NCBI GenBank assembly: GCA_048538275.1
Contig: JBLYPW010000001.1
Coordinates: forward strand, 299,924-363,923
Origin: Candidatus Komeilibacteria bacterium
GTDB taxonomy: Bacteria; Patescibacteriota; Patescibacteriia; UBA1558
DNA length: 64,000 bases
Reading direction: 5' to 3'
Of the stretch, positions 1 to 8,750 are shown piece by piece. Within the stretch, counting starts at the first letter, position 1, and each line of letters begins with the position of its first letter. The notes beneath the pieces were generated by a model. It ran no database searches, was not told the origin of the DNA, and worked only from the letters and a program-made list of their open reading frames with translations. A program made the position numbers and the translations under genes.

Positions 1-2
1 TA

Positions 3-359
3 GTGAAGGCTTTGGATTATTATTATCTACAAAATGGATCTTATCCAGCAGTTGTAGATGATGATAGTGATGGTTGGGATTATAGCAATGATACATCTCA
101 GGGTGGGGCAAATTTTTTGTCTTCATTAGTTAGCGCTGGTTATTTAAAGGCCGTACCTTTTGATCCGAAGAACGATGAAGTTTATTATTATCGCTATAAA
201 AAATTTGACGCTGGTGAATATGGTTGCGCAAAGCCTTTTTATGTTTTTCAGGTGGTGCGTTTTGAGGGTGATAATGTGTCCCATGGTAATGGCAGTTGCC
301 CTAATTTGGACTGGACCAAACTTGCACCAAATGGCTATACAGCTTTAGAACAGGAATAG
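3..359 (+). CDS. Pilin/pseudopilin-like protein, C-terminal portion (gene continues upstream of window)
   Basis: ORF open at window edge; C-terminal motifs (GYL..VPFDP...YYY) resemble type IV pilin/GspG-like C-termini; followed by hairpin+T-run. Confidence 0.4.
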   Translation: MKALDYYYLQNGSYPAVVDDDSDGWDYSNDTSQGGANFLSSLVSAGYLKAVPFDPKNDEVYYYRYKKFDAGEYGCAKPFYVFQVVRFEGDNVSHGNGSCPNLDWTKLAPNGYTALEQE

Positions 360-381
360 AAAAAGTATAGAGAAAAATAAG

Positions 382-406
382 ACTCCTAAAACACGGGAGT
401 TTTTTG
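382..406 (+). terminator. Rho-independent terminator (actcc..ggagt stem + T-run)
   Basis: 5-bp stem 382-386/396-400 followed by TTTTT. Confidence 0.45.
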
Positions 407-501
407 TTATTTATAGCTGGCCTTGACAGAAATATATAAATGTGTTATTATTGAATAATTGTTATTTAAAAAAATCGTTTTAACCTAAAAAAGGAGGGGA
501 A

Positions 502-1260
502 ATGAAACGTTTGATCGCTCTGGTTGTTCTATTGAGTGGTGTTAGTAGCGCCATAGCGCAGTCTTTTTATGGCTATGCGGCTATGGATGTGCCCACTACC
601 CAGGGTCAGCAGTTTACAGTGCTCCGGGCGCGTATTGGCATGTTTCAACAAATGCAGCAAAGTAAAGTTGCATTTGAGTACGATGCGGCTAGCCAGGTCA
701 TGACTTATGCCAATCTGACGTTATCATATGACTTTGGCTGGAGTAATCTGGATGTGGTGGCTGGTAAATACTTGGCGCCAGTGGCTTATCTGTACGATAG
801 CCAGAAATTACTTCATGCCACTCGTTATGCATCTACGTTAAACGGGTTTTCTGTTTATGGCACGGGTGCGATGGTAAAAGTCTCAACCGGTAAGTGGCTA
901 TCGCGTCTGGCCTATTATGGTCAAGAGCAGATGGCTGCGACCATTGGTTATGGTCCAGTGGCTGTATTTTGGGAAAAGGATGCCGGTCAGGGTCTCATGT
1001 TTAATTATATGAAGATCTACGCCGATCGTCATTTCCGATTTTGCGCTGGCCTGGCTAATCGTAGTAGCTTAGCCAATAGCACTGCGCTGTTGGAGATTGA
1101 ACTATTCCCCAATGTTTACTGGTGGAATCAAGTTGACTATGAGGGACGAGTGCATTGTTTAAATGGCTTTACTTGGCAATATGCCAAGCAGTCTTTTGCC
1201 AAGTTGTATTATGACAGCATGGCAAAAATGGCAAAAATTCAGCTTACTTTCACCATGTAG
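502..1260 (+). CDS. Secreted hypothetical protein (N-terminal signal peptide, beta-rich alternating pattern)
   Basis: MKRLIALVVLLSGVSSAIAQ signal-peptide-like N-terminus; RBS aaggagggg upstream; strong terminator downstream. Confidence 0.5.
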   Translation: MKRLIALVVLLSGVSSAIAQSFYGYAAMDVPTTQGQQFTVLRARIGMFQQMQQSKVAFEYDAASQVMTYANLTLSYDFGWSNLDVVAGKYLAPVAYLYDSQKLLHATRYASTLNGFSVYGTGAMVKVSTGKWLSRLAYYGQEQMAATIGYGPVAVFWEKDAGQGLMFNYMKIYADRHFRFCAGLANRSSLANSTALLEIELFPNVYWWNQVDYEGRVHCLNGFTWQYAKQSFAKLYYDSMAKMAKIQLTFTM

Positions 1261-1278
1261 GCTGTATAAAAAAAATCA

Positions 1279-1314
1279 CCCCCGATCGTTGTTAAGATGA
1301 TCGGGGGTTTTTTA
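1279..1314. terminator. Bidirectional rho-independent terminator
   Basis: 9-bp GC stem cccccgatc/gatcggggg flanked by A-run upstream and T-run downstream; sits between convergent genes. Confidence 0.65.
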
Positions 1315-1315
1315 T

Positions 1316-1654
1316 TTAAGTAGTTTGTTTGATTCTTTGTTCTGCTATTGCTTTGGGAGTAAATAGCATTGATTGAATATCTGCCAAGGGGATTGTTTCT
1401 ACTTGGATACTTTTGTGTGTTGTTTTAGCCATCAGATCGGGGAGAATAATTTTAAATCGGACGGTAGTGGCTATAAATTCTGGTTCGCTGGCAACGCCGC
1501 CGACTATAAAACGTTGGCCTTGTTTTTTGTCAGTGATGACTAGTCGTAGATAATAGGGTAATGCGTCATTATATTCTTCAATCTTGTCTTTGATTTTTTG
1601 CAAGCTAGGCGGCAAAGAATCGGTTGGTTTGCGATTGTTCATGTGCGCCTCCAT
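1316..1654 (-). CDS. Hypothetical protein
   Basis: 112-aa ORF, no recognisable motif. Confidence 0.35.
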   Translation of the reverse strand: MEAHMNNRKPTDSLPPSLQKIKDKIEEYNDALPYYLRLVITDKKQGQRFIVGGVASEPEFIATTVRFKIILPDLMAKTTHKSIQVETIPLADIQSMLFTPKAIAEQRIKQTT

Positions 1655-1696
1655 AGCGTATTATACGCTGGTTGTATAGTTAGCGTATAGATAAAT

Positions 1697-2554
1697 TTAA
1701 GGCTTGTCAAATTTTATTTTCAAAAGGCGCGGCTGGCCGACTAAGTCCTTAATAATATCAATAGTAATGCCCGGGAATAATTTAGTGACAGTCGTGCATA
1801 ATTGCTTGTTTTGTCTGGGGTCAATTTCTATGAATAAATATTGCGGTAAGGTGGCCAGCGCTTTGATTTGGACTAGTAGCTGATGATAAAGCATAAGGCC
1901 AGCCGCGCCGCCATAAAGAGCTTGGCGTGGTTCGTATTTGATAGTTGGCTCGTCCAATTGCTCGGCGGTGAGATAGGGTAAATTGGCGATGATAATGGCT
2001 TGAGATATTATTTTATGATTGATCTTCGCCAGTAAATCACTTGATATAAAATTTATATTGACTTTATGTAGTCCGGCATTTTGTTTAGCTATTTTTAGAG
2101 TTTGAGTTGATATATCAGTGGCAAAAAAATTATTGTCAGGTAGCTCTTGGGCGGCGCTTATGATAAGACAGCCGGAGCCAGTACCAATATCTATAATATT
2201 GGTTTTTTTTGGATTAATTTTTTTTAATTCATCAATAAATAATTCAGATTCCGGACGGGGGATGAGAGTATGCTTATTAACTAGAAAATCTCTACCATAG
2301 AATTCTTGCCTACCTAATAAATAAGCTAGTGGCTTGCCTTTTGCTCTTTGTTTTAGTAGGTAATAAAAAAAACAGCTCTGTAAAAAATTTAGCTGATTTT
2401 CTGTATGCGTCAGTACATAGCTGCGCGGTTTCTTGATAATTTTGCTTAAAATAAGCTCGGCATCTAAGCCATATTTTGGGCTGGTCAAATTTTTGTTGGC
2501 ATAGCGTAATGCTTTAGTTATTGTCAGAGGCATGGTCAGCTTGGTAAAGGGCAT
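1697..2554 (-). CDS. prmC: Release factor glutamine N5-methyltransferase PrmC/HemK (true start possibly at 2533)
   Basis: SAM-binding [12 protein letters not shown] motif and NLPY (NPPY-type) catalytic motif; overlaps and follows prfA as in the conserved prfA-prmC operon. Confidence 0.8.
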   Translation of the reverse strand: MPFTKLTMPLTITKALRYANKNLTSPKYGLDAELILSKIIKKPRSYVLTHTENQLNFLQSCFFYYLLKQRAKGKPLAYLLGRQEFYGRDFLVNKHTLIPRPESELFIDELKKINPKKTNIIDIGTGSGCLIISAAQELPDNNFFATDISTQTLKIAKQNAGLHKVNINFISSDLLAKINHKIISQAIIIANLPYLTAEQLDEPTIKYEPRQALYGGAAGLMLYHQLLVQIKALATLPQYLFIEIDPRQNKQLCTTVTKLFPGITIDIIKDLVGQPRLLKIKFDKP

Positions 2555-3575
2555 CTATTATTTCATCCAGATTGCCGTCTAGGATATTATTTAGATTATG
2601 TACAGTTAATTTTATACGATGGTCAGTGACACGATCCTGCGGCCAGTTATAGGTACGTATTTTTTCTGAGCGATCGCCGCTGCCAACTTGAGATTTGCGC
2701 GAGGCAGCTTCAGCTTGATGTTTGTCATCTTCTATTTTTTTTAATAAACGAGAACGTAGTACTTGCATTGCTTTCAGTTTATTTTGTTGTTGACTACGTT
2801 CGTCTTGACAAGAAACAACTATATTGGTGGGTAGGTGAGTAATGCGAATTGCTGAATAAGTAGTATTGACGCTTTGACCACCGTGTCCACCGGCGCAAAA
2901 GGTATCAATGCGCAAATCTTTGGGATTGATTTCTATGTCTATCTCTTCTGCCTCCGGCAAAACCGCCACAGTAGCTGCAGAGGTGTGAATACGTCCAGAT
3001 TTTTCTGTTTCGGGTACGCGTTGCACACGATGAACCCCACTTTCATATTTGAGACGACCATAAGCACCATTGCCAATAATTTCGACAATGATTTCTTTGT
3101 AGCCATTTAATTCTGTACGATTGGCAGCTACAATGTGTGTTTTCCAGCTGTGCTTTTCCGCATAGCGACTATACATGCGCCAAAGGTCAGCGGCAAATAA
3201 GGCAGATTCATCTCCTCCAGTACCGGCACGAATTTCTATAATGGCATTTTTTTTATCCATTGGATCTGATGGAATTAGCATTTGGTTAATCTCTGCTGCT
3301 AGCCTGGGTAATTCTTTGTGTAGTTTTTCCAATTCATCATTGATCATGGCTTTCATTTCTTCATCTGGTTCGGAATTGACTTGCTTTTCTAGATCACTTT
3401 GAGCTGCTTGTTTTTCAAAATAAGTAGATAGTGCAGCACTGATCTCTTTGCTTCTGCCATACTCTTGGGATAATTCTGCCAATTTTGCGCTATCATTAAC
3501 ATTGTCTGGATTTTGTAGATCAGCTTCCAGTTTCTTTATTTTTGTTTGGTATTCGGTGAGTAATTTTTTATCCAT
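2514..3575 (-). CDS. prfA: Peptide chain release factor 1
   Basis: GGQ motif ([10 protein letters not shown]), conserved RF1 core [21 protein letters not shown]; tripeptide reads PET rather than PAT/PVT. Confidence 0.9.
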   Translation of the reverse strand: MDKKLLTEYQTKIKKLEADLQNPDNVNDSAKLAELSQEYGRSKEISAALSTYFEKQAAQSDLEKQVNSEPDEEMKAMINDELEKLHKELPRLAAEINQMLIPSDPMDKKNAIIEIRAGTGGDESALFAADLWRMYSRYAEKHSWKTHIVAANRTELNGYKEIIVEIIGNGAYGRLKYESGVHRVQRVPETEKSGRIHTSAATVAVLPEAEEIDIEINPKDLRIDTFCAGGHGGQSVNTTYSAIRITHLPTNIVVSCQDERSQQQNKLKAMQVLRSRLLKKIEDDKHQAEAASRKSQVGSGDRSEKIRTYNWPQDRVTDHRIKLTVHNLNNILDGNLDEIIDALYQADHASDNN

Positions 3576-3594
3576 AATTTTATTATAAAATAAA

Positions 3595-3629
3595 AAACCC
3601 TGTTGGCCAACGAGGGTTTTTTAGATAGT
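3595..3629 (-). terminator. Rho-independent terminator downstream of rpmE
   Basis: Palindrome ccctgttggccaacgaggg flanked by A-run/T-run. Confidence 0.5.
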
Positions 3630-3634
3630 AAAAG

Positions 3635-3925
3635 TTATTTTTCTTTAGCTTCTTCAGCGGCACGCTTGGCAGCTATTCTAATTTTCTTGGCTTTTTTACC
3701 TTTTCTTTCTTTAGCAACATCTGTTTGGCGAGCAATGCGTTTTTTAAATTTATCAACCCGACCAGCCGTATCTACTAGATTTTGTTTACCAGTATAGAAA
3801 GGATGACAGTTAGAACAAATTTCTACATGGATTGCTTTGATAGTAGAGCCAACAGTAAAACTATTGCCACAAGCACAAGTGACCTTAGCATTAGGATAAT
3901 ATTCTGGATGGATATCTTTTTTCAT
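3635..3925 (-). CDS. rpmE: 50S ribosomal protein L31 (Zn-ribbon form) with Lys-rich C-terminal extension
   Basis: [10 protein letters not shown]...CxC...[13 protein letters not shown]31 signature; ~30-aa K/A/E-rich tail. Confidence 0.85.
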   Translation of the reverse strand: MKKDIHPEYYPNAKVTCACGNSFTVGSTIKAIHVEICSNCHPFYTGKQNLVDTAGRVDKFKKRIARQTDVAKERKGKKAKKIRIAAKRAAEEAKEK

Positions 3926-4217
3926 AAAATAATGGTTAAATTAGATATTCGTGCAAGCGTCGCCAGTATAACAGAGGTGGGGCATAGTGTCAAGGGTTGT
4001 TTATTTAAGTAGTAAGTTTATTTAGTTTTGAGGATTGAGATTGGCCTGAGCATTGAATTATCGCTGATTAACAAAATTCAGCAGGCTCCAAAAATTTGTC
4101 AGCTATTTCCAAAAAAAAAGATTTTGATGATTTAGCATGTTCATAGTTTAACAAATTAGAGTGGTTTAGTCCACGCTATTATGTTATATTAGAGTTGTTC
4201 AATATTAGCGTCTTTCT

Positions 4218-4799
4218 ATGATAAAACGTTGTCCTTGGTGTGAGATAAATGATGAAATGATAGCTTATCATGATAAAATTTGGGGCGTGCCGGTGCGGCG
4301 CGATCGTGATATTTTTAAATTTTTTGTGCTGGATACTTTTCAAGCTGGTTTAAGCTGGAATATTATATGGCGTAAGCGGCAGGGATTTGCTCGGGCATTT
4401 GCTGATTTTGATTTTAATAAAGTGGCCCAGTTTAAGCAACGCAAAATAGAGTCAATGTTAAAAGATACCGGTATCATACGCAATCGCTTGAAAATTCAAG
4501 CTACCATTAATAATGCCCAGCGCTTTTTGGATATAAGACAAGAATTTAATACTTTTAGTCGTTATATCTGGCAATTTACCGGCGGTCAACCTAAGATAAA
4601 TAAATGGCAAAATATGAAGCTGATACCGACGTATAGTTCAGAATCTGATGCCATGAGCAGAGATTTAAAAGCGCGTGGTTTTAAATTTGTTGGTACTACC
4701 ATTTGTTATGCTTTTATGCAGGGCATAGGTATGGTAAATGATCACATTGTGAGTTGTCACCGCTATTCCGACCTTCAAGGTCTAAACCTTGAAGGTTGA
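4218..4799 (+). CDS. tag: DNA-3-methyladenine glycosylase I
   Basis: CPWC...YHDKIWGVP...QAGLSWNIIWRKR...IRNRLKI motifs typical of Tag. Confidence 0.8.
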   Translation: MIKRCPWCEINDEMIAYHDKIWGVPVRRDRDIFKFFVLDTFQAGLSWNIIWRKRQGFARAFADFDFNKVAQFKQRKIESMLKDTGIIRNRLKIQATINNAQRFLDIRQEFNTFSRYIWQFTGGQPKINKWQNMKLIPTYSSESDAMSRDLKARGFKFVGTTICYAFMQGIGMVNDHIVSCHRYSDLQGLNLEG

Positions 4800-4947
4800 A
4801 ATTCGAGCATCTTGCCAAAAATATAATATTATGTTAGCATAGCTGTGCTAATTAATTCACACATTTTGGCCAGCGACCATCCTCGGTCCAAGCTTGACTT
4901 GGTTCGCGGCCGCAAACAGTGTCAAAATGGCGGTAAAAAGGAAAAAT

Positions 4948-5685
4948 ATGACAACTAAACAAATGCCCGTAGTAGAGCTTATTGATCTACTTAAGGCCGG
5001 GGTACATTTCGGCCACACCAAGTCCAAGCGCCATCCAAATATGGAGCCTTATATTTTTGGGGTAAAACAGGGGATTAGCATTATTGACTTGGAAAAGACC
5101 CAACAAAAGTTGGGCGAAGCATTACGCTTTGTTCAAGACATAACTTCACGCAATGGAGTTGTGCTTTTTGTTTCTAGTAAACAACAAGCACAGGCTATCA
5201 TCAAAGAAGCGGCACAAAAGGCGGAGATGCCTTATATTAATACCCGTTGGCTGGGTGGTACTTTCACAAATTTTGATAATATTGTGAATTTGCCCAAGAA
5301 GTTAAAGCGTATGGAAGAGGAGCGGGCTAGTGGCCAATGGTCTCGTTATACCAAAAAAGAAGCTTTGGAAAAAGAAAGAGAAATGGAAAGATTGCGCGAA
5401 ATGGTAGAAGGCATTAAGAATTTGGAAAAATTACCTCAGGCTGTATTTATTGCTGATATCAAGAAAGACCAAACTGCTTTATACGAAGCTAATAAGATGA
5501 GAATCCCGGTTATTGCTATTTGTGATACTAATGTCAATCCAGTTAAAATAGATTGGCCAATACCAGGAAATGACGATGCGGTAAAATCAATTGATTTATT
5601 AACAAATTTAGTAGCGGATGCTTGTTTAGCGGGGAAGAAGAATGCAGTCCCGACCAGTGCTAAGAAAGCGGAGGATAGTAAATAA
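4948..5685 (+). CDS. rpsB: 30S ribosomal protein S2 (start chosen at MTTKQ; ORF track extends to 4894)
   Basis: LLKAGVHFGH...conserved S2 N-terminus; RBS aaaggaaaaat; rpsB-tsf-pyrH synteny. Confidence 0.9.
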   Translation: MTTKQMPVVELIDLLKAGVHFGHTKSKRHPNMEPYIFGVKQGISIIDLEKTQQKLGEALRFVQDITSRNGVVLFVSSKQQAQAIIKEAAQKAEMPYINTRWLGGTFTNFDNIVNLPKKLKRMEEERASGQWSRYTKKEALEKEREMERLREMVEGIKNLEKLPQAVFIADIKKDQTALYEANKMRIPVIAICDTNVNPVKIDWPIPGNDDAVKSIDLLTNLVADACLAGKKNAVPTSAKKAEDSK

Positions 5686-5760
5686 GTTAATCAGTTTGAA
5701 GATTTCTAATTTTCAATTTACAATTATAAATTTTGAATTCTAAACTTTAAATTTTTTATT

Positions 5761-6345
5761 ATGTCTATGGAATTGATAAAAAAATTACGCGCCGCTACTG
5801 GTGCCGGTATCAATGATTGTAGTCAGGCTTTGGCAGAAAATGATAATGATTATGATAAAGCCTTGGCTTGGTTACGAAAGAAGGGTCAAAAAATTGCCAG
5901 CAAAAAACAGGATAGAGAAATCAAAGAAGGATTGGTGGACGCATATATTCATCCCGGTGGCAAGGTCGGTGTATTATTAGAAGTGGGTTGTGAAACTGAT
6001 TTTGTCGCCAAGAACGAAGATTTTAAGAATTTTGTTCATGAGCTGGCTTTACAGATTGCCGCTACTGACCCGCAGTATATTTCTCCCCAGGATGTGCCAG
6101 AAGATGTGATTGCTAAAGAAAAGGATGTTTATATGGAGCAGCTTAAGAATGAAGGTAAGCCGGCGGAAATGATAGATAAAATAGTAGAAGGTAAATTGCA
6201 AAAATTTTATGCTGATGTTACTCTTTTAAAACAGCCTTATATCAAAGATGATACTCAAACTATAGAAAAGTTATTGACTGATAATATTGCTAAGATTGGT
6301 GAAAACATTCGCATTAATCGTTTCGTGCGTTATTCTCTAAGTTAA
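5761..6345 (+). CDS. tsf: Elongation factor Ts (short ~194-aa form)
   Basis: N-terminal UBA-like IKKLRAATGAGINDCSQAL motif; position after rpsB. Confidence 0.85.
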   Translation: MSMELIKKLRAATGAGINDCSQALAENDNDYDKALAWLRKKGQKIASKKQDREIKEGLVDAYIHPGGKVGVLLEVGCETDFVAKNEDFKNFVHELALQIAATDPQYISPQDVPEDVIAKEKDVYMEQLKNEGKPAEMIDKIVEGKLQKFYADVTLLKQPYIKDDTQTIEKLLTDNIAKIGENIRINRFVRYSLS

Positions 6346-6350
6346 AATTT

Positions 6351-7061
6351 ATGCCCTATGCGGCGCCACAAAATATTGTTATCAAGTTATCAGGTAAAAT
6401 GATGACTGATGATTGTCAGTGGAACTGGCCGCTTATAGCTGCTTTAGCAGCAGAATTTCAAACCCAAGCGCGCTTGGGTTTGTTTGCAGTTTTAGTGGTG
6501 GGTGGCGGTAATGTCATTCGGGGTAGAGAAAGTGATGCGAAGTATTTACCTCGCCAATTTGCTGATCAGATGGGCATGCTAGCCACTAATATCAATGCGC
6601 TGGCTTTAGCTGGTAGTTTGCAGGTGGCGGGTTTAGCTACTCAGGCAATGTCAGCTGTTTCTGTAGATGGCATGTTGCCTAAGATTAGTAAAGGCGCTTT
6701 ACGGCGTGCGCGTAAAAATGGTAGTTGGGTTGTTTGTGGCGGTGGTATAGGAAAAGTAGGGCACTCTACTGATTTGGCGGCCATGGCGCGCGCCGTGCAA
6801 ATTGATGCGGATTTAGTGATCAAATTAACTGATGTGGATGGCGTTTATGACAGCGACCCAGATACTAATCCCCAGGCTAAAAAAATAGCTCATCTAACTT
6901 ATGCGCAGGCGATAAGCCAGAATTTACAGGTCATGGATATAGAAGCTTGGCAATTGGCACAAAGTCATAAGATTCCTACCAGGGTCATACAGTGGTCGCC
7001 TGGTAATTTTACTCAACTAATGCAAGGTGAAAATATTGGCACTTTATTAACAGCCGCCTAA
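6351..7061 (+). CDS. pyrH: UMP kinase-like amino-acid-kinase family protein
   Basis: VIKLSGKMM...VVGGGNVIRG glycine-rich loop; synteny after tsf. Confidence 0.7.
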   Translation: MPYAAPQNIVIKLSGKMMTDDCQWNWPLIAALAAEFQTQARLGLFAVLVVGGGNVIRGRESDAKYLPRQFADQMGMLATNINALALAGSLQVAGLATQAMSAVSVDGMLPKISKGALRRARKNGSWVVCGGGIGKVGHSTDLAAMARAVQIDADLVIKLTDVDGVYDSDPDTNPQAKKIAHLTYAQAISQNLQVMDIEAWQLAQSHKIPTRVIQWSPGNFTQLMQGENIGTLLTAA

Positions 7062-7288
7062 AAATAGCTTTACAGATTTTAAGTTGCTGGCAATCTGGAG
7101 AAAACTAGATATGATTATGGTAAAGTAATAAGTTTATATTTCTTAGCGATAGATATCAAGCGCAGATAGAGCAATAAAGCGAAAATTATATTACACTATA
7201 AAGCCGGGCATTAGTTTTTATTAGGCTTTTTTTATTAAGCAAAAAAGTTTATAATAAAAATGTATAAATTATTATTAAATTGTTTTCT

Positions 7289-8299
7289 ATGGCAAAAAAT
7301 AAATTACGTGTGGCTATCAATGGCTTTGGTCGCATCGGGCGAGCGGCTTTTAAAATCGCTTTGCAGCATAAAAATATAGAAATTGTAGCTCTAAACGATT
7401 TAACCGATGCTCATACCCTAGCATATTTATTACAATATGATACTGCTTATGGCAAATATCATAAGTCGGTGAAGGTGCAAGGTAATAATTTGGTAGTTGG
7501 TCGCCAAAAGTATCCGGTCATAGCGGTATCTGACCCAGCTAAATTACCCTGGCGCAAGATGAAGGTGGATATTGTTTTAGAATGTACCGGACGTTTTCGT
7601 ACAGCGATAGACGCTGGTAAACATGTCAAGGCTGGTGCCAAGCGGGTTATAATTTCTGCTCCGGCTAAAGGCGGTGCAGTGAGCACTTATGTTTTGGGCG
7701 TTAATCATCATAATTATAAAAAGGAAAAGATTATTAACAATGCTTCTTGTACCACTAATTGTGTTTCGCCAGTAGCTCAAATTATGCATAGTAAATTTGG
7801 TGTAGCTAAGGCCGCTTTGACCACCATTCATTCTTATACGGCTGATCAACGTTTGCAAGATGCTCCGCATCGTGATTTGCGTCGGGCTCGGGCAGCAGCG
7901 GAAAATATTGTTCCTACCACTACGGGAGCTGCCATTGCTACTACAGAAGTTATTCCTGAGCTGAAAGGATTGTTTGACGGCATTGCCGTACGCGTACCTA
8001 CTATTTGCGGATCATTATCAGATTTTACTTTTTTATTAAATAAGAATGTTACCGTGGCGCAAGTAAATAATGTTTTTCGACAAGCTAGTCGTCAGTCGCG
8101 TTGGCGTGATATATTAGTGGTGACAGACGATCCTTTGGTCTCGTCCGATATTATTGGTAATGGCGCATCAGCCATTATAGATATGGGTATGACTCAAGTG
8201 ATTGGCGGTAATTTAGTAAAGATTATTGCTTGGTATGATAATGAGTGGGGTTATGCCAATCGTTTGGTGGAAATGGCGAAAGCAGTTAGCGTTGCCTAA
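7289..8299 (+). CDS. gap: Glyceraldehyde-3-phosphate dehydrogenase
   Basis: VAINGFGRIGR NAD-binding motif and active-site SCTTNC. Confidence 0.9.
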   Translation: MAKNKLRVAINGFGRIGRAAFKIALQHKNIEIVALNDLTDAHTLAYLLQYDTAYGKYHKSVKVQGNNLVVGRQKYPVIAVSDPAKLPWRKMKVDIVLECTGRFRTAIDAGKHVKAGAKRVIISAPAKGGAVSTYVLGVNHHNYKKEKIINNASCTTNCVSPVAQIMHSKFGVAKAALTTIHSYTADQRLQDAPHRDLRRARAAAENIVPTTTGAAIATTEVIPELKGLFDGIAVRVPTICGSLSDFTFLLNKNVTVAQVNNVFRQASRQSRWRDILVVTDDPLVSSDIIGNGASAIIDMGMTQVIGGNLVKIIAWYDNEWGYANRLVEMAKAVSVA

Positions 8300-8330
8300 T
8301 TTTGTTAGCTAATTATTTATATAATCATAT

Positions 8331-8525
8331 ATGTTTTTACCAGTAGTTATAGTAATACTGGGCGTGGTATTGCTTCTCAATAATTTGGGTATAGTTAGCG
8401 CTAATGTTTGGGATGTGGTGTGGCCAATATTGATCATTGCCATTGGCATTGCTATGATGTCAAAGCGTCATTGTGGGTGGCTGCGTCACTGGCAACAAAG
8501 TGATGATGCTTCAGACAAGCAATAG
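8331..8525 (+). CDS. Small membrane protein (hypothetical)
   Basis: 64-aa ORF with two hydrophobic helices; hairpin+T-run terminator downstream. Confidence 0.3.
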   Translation: MFLPVVIVILGVVLLLNNLGIVSANVWDVVWPILIIAIGIAMMSKRHCGWLRHWQQSDDASDKQ

Positions 8526-8635
8526 CATGTTTTCCACAGGCTGATTTGACAGTCTAAAAGCTTTGCGCTAAGTTAACAGTAGATAAAATAAATAAAGCAA
8601 CAGGGTCGCTATTTTGCGATCTTTTTGCTTATAAA

Positions 8636-8670
8636 TACAGGGTTTACCCTTTTTGGGGCCCTGTATTTTA
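8636..8670 (+). terminator. Rho-independent terminator
   Basis: tacaggg/ccctgta 7-bp stem followed by TTTT. Confidence 0.45.
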
Positions 8671-8750
8671 TTTTATCTGTTAAAAGCAACTAACTCGTCC
8701 TTTGAAAAGTTAGTGCAAGCCAGAAACCATAAAAGCAAAGGAGGCTTATC

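Noticed and set aside
4894-4947. Extended 5' start of rpsB (MTWFAAANSVKMAVKRKN...)
   Set aside because: Extension is not S2-like and lacks an RBS; the internal ATG at 4948 is preceded by aaaggaaaaat and yields the conserved S2 N-terminus.
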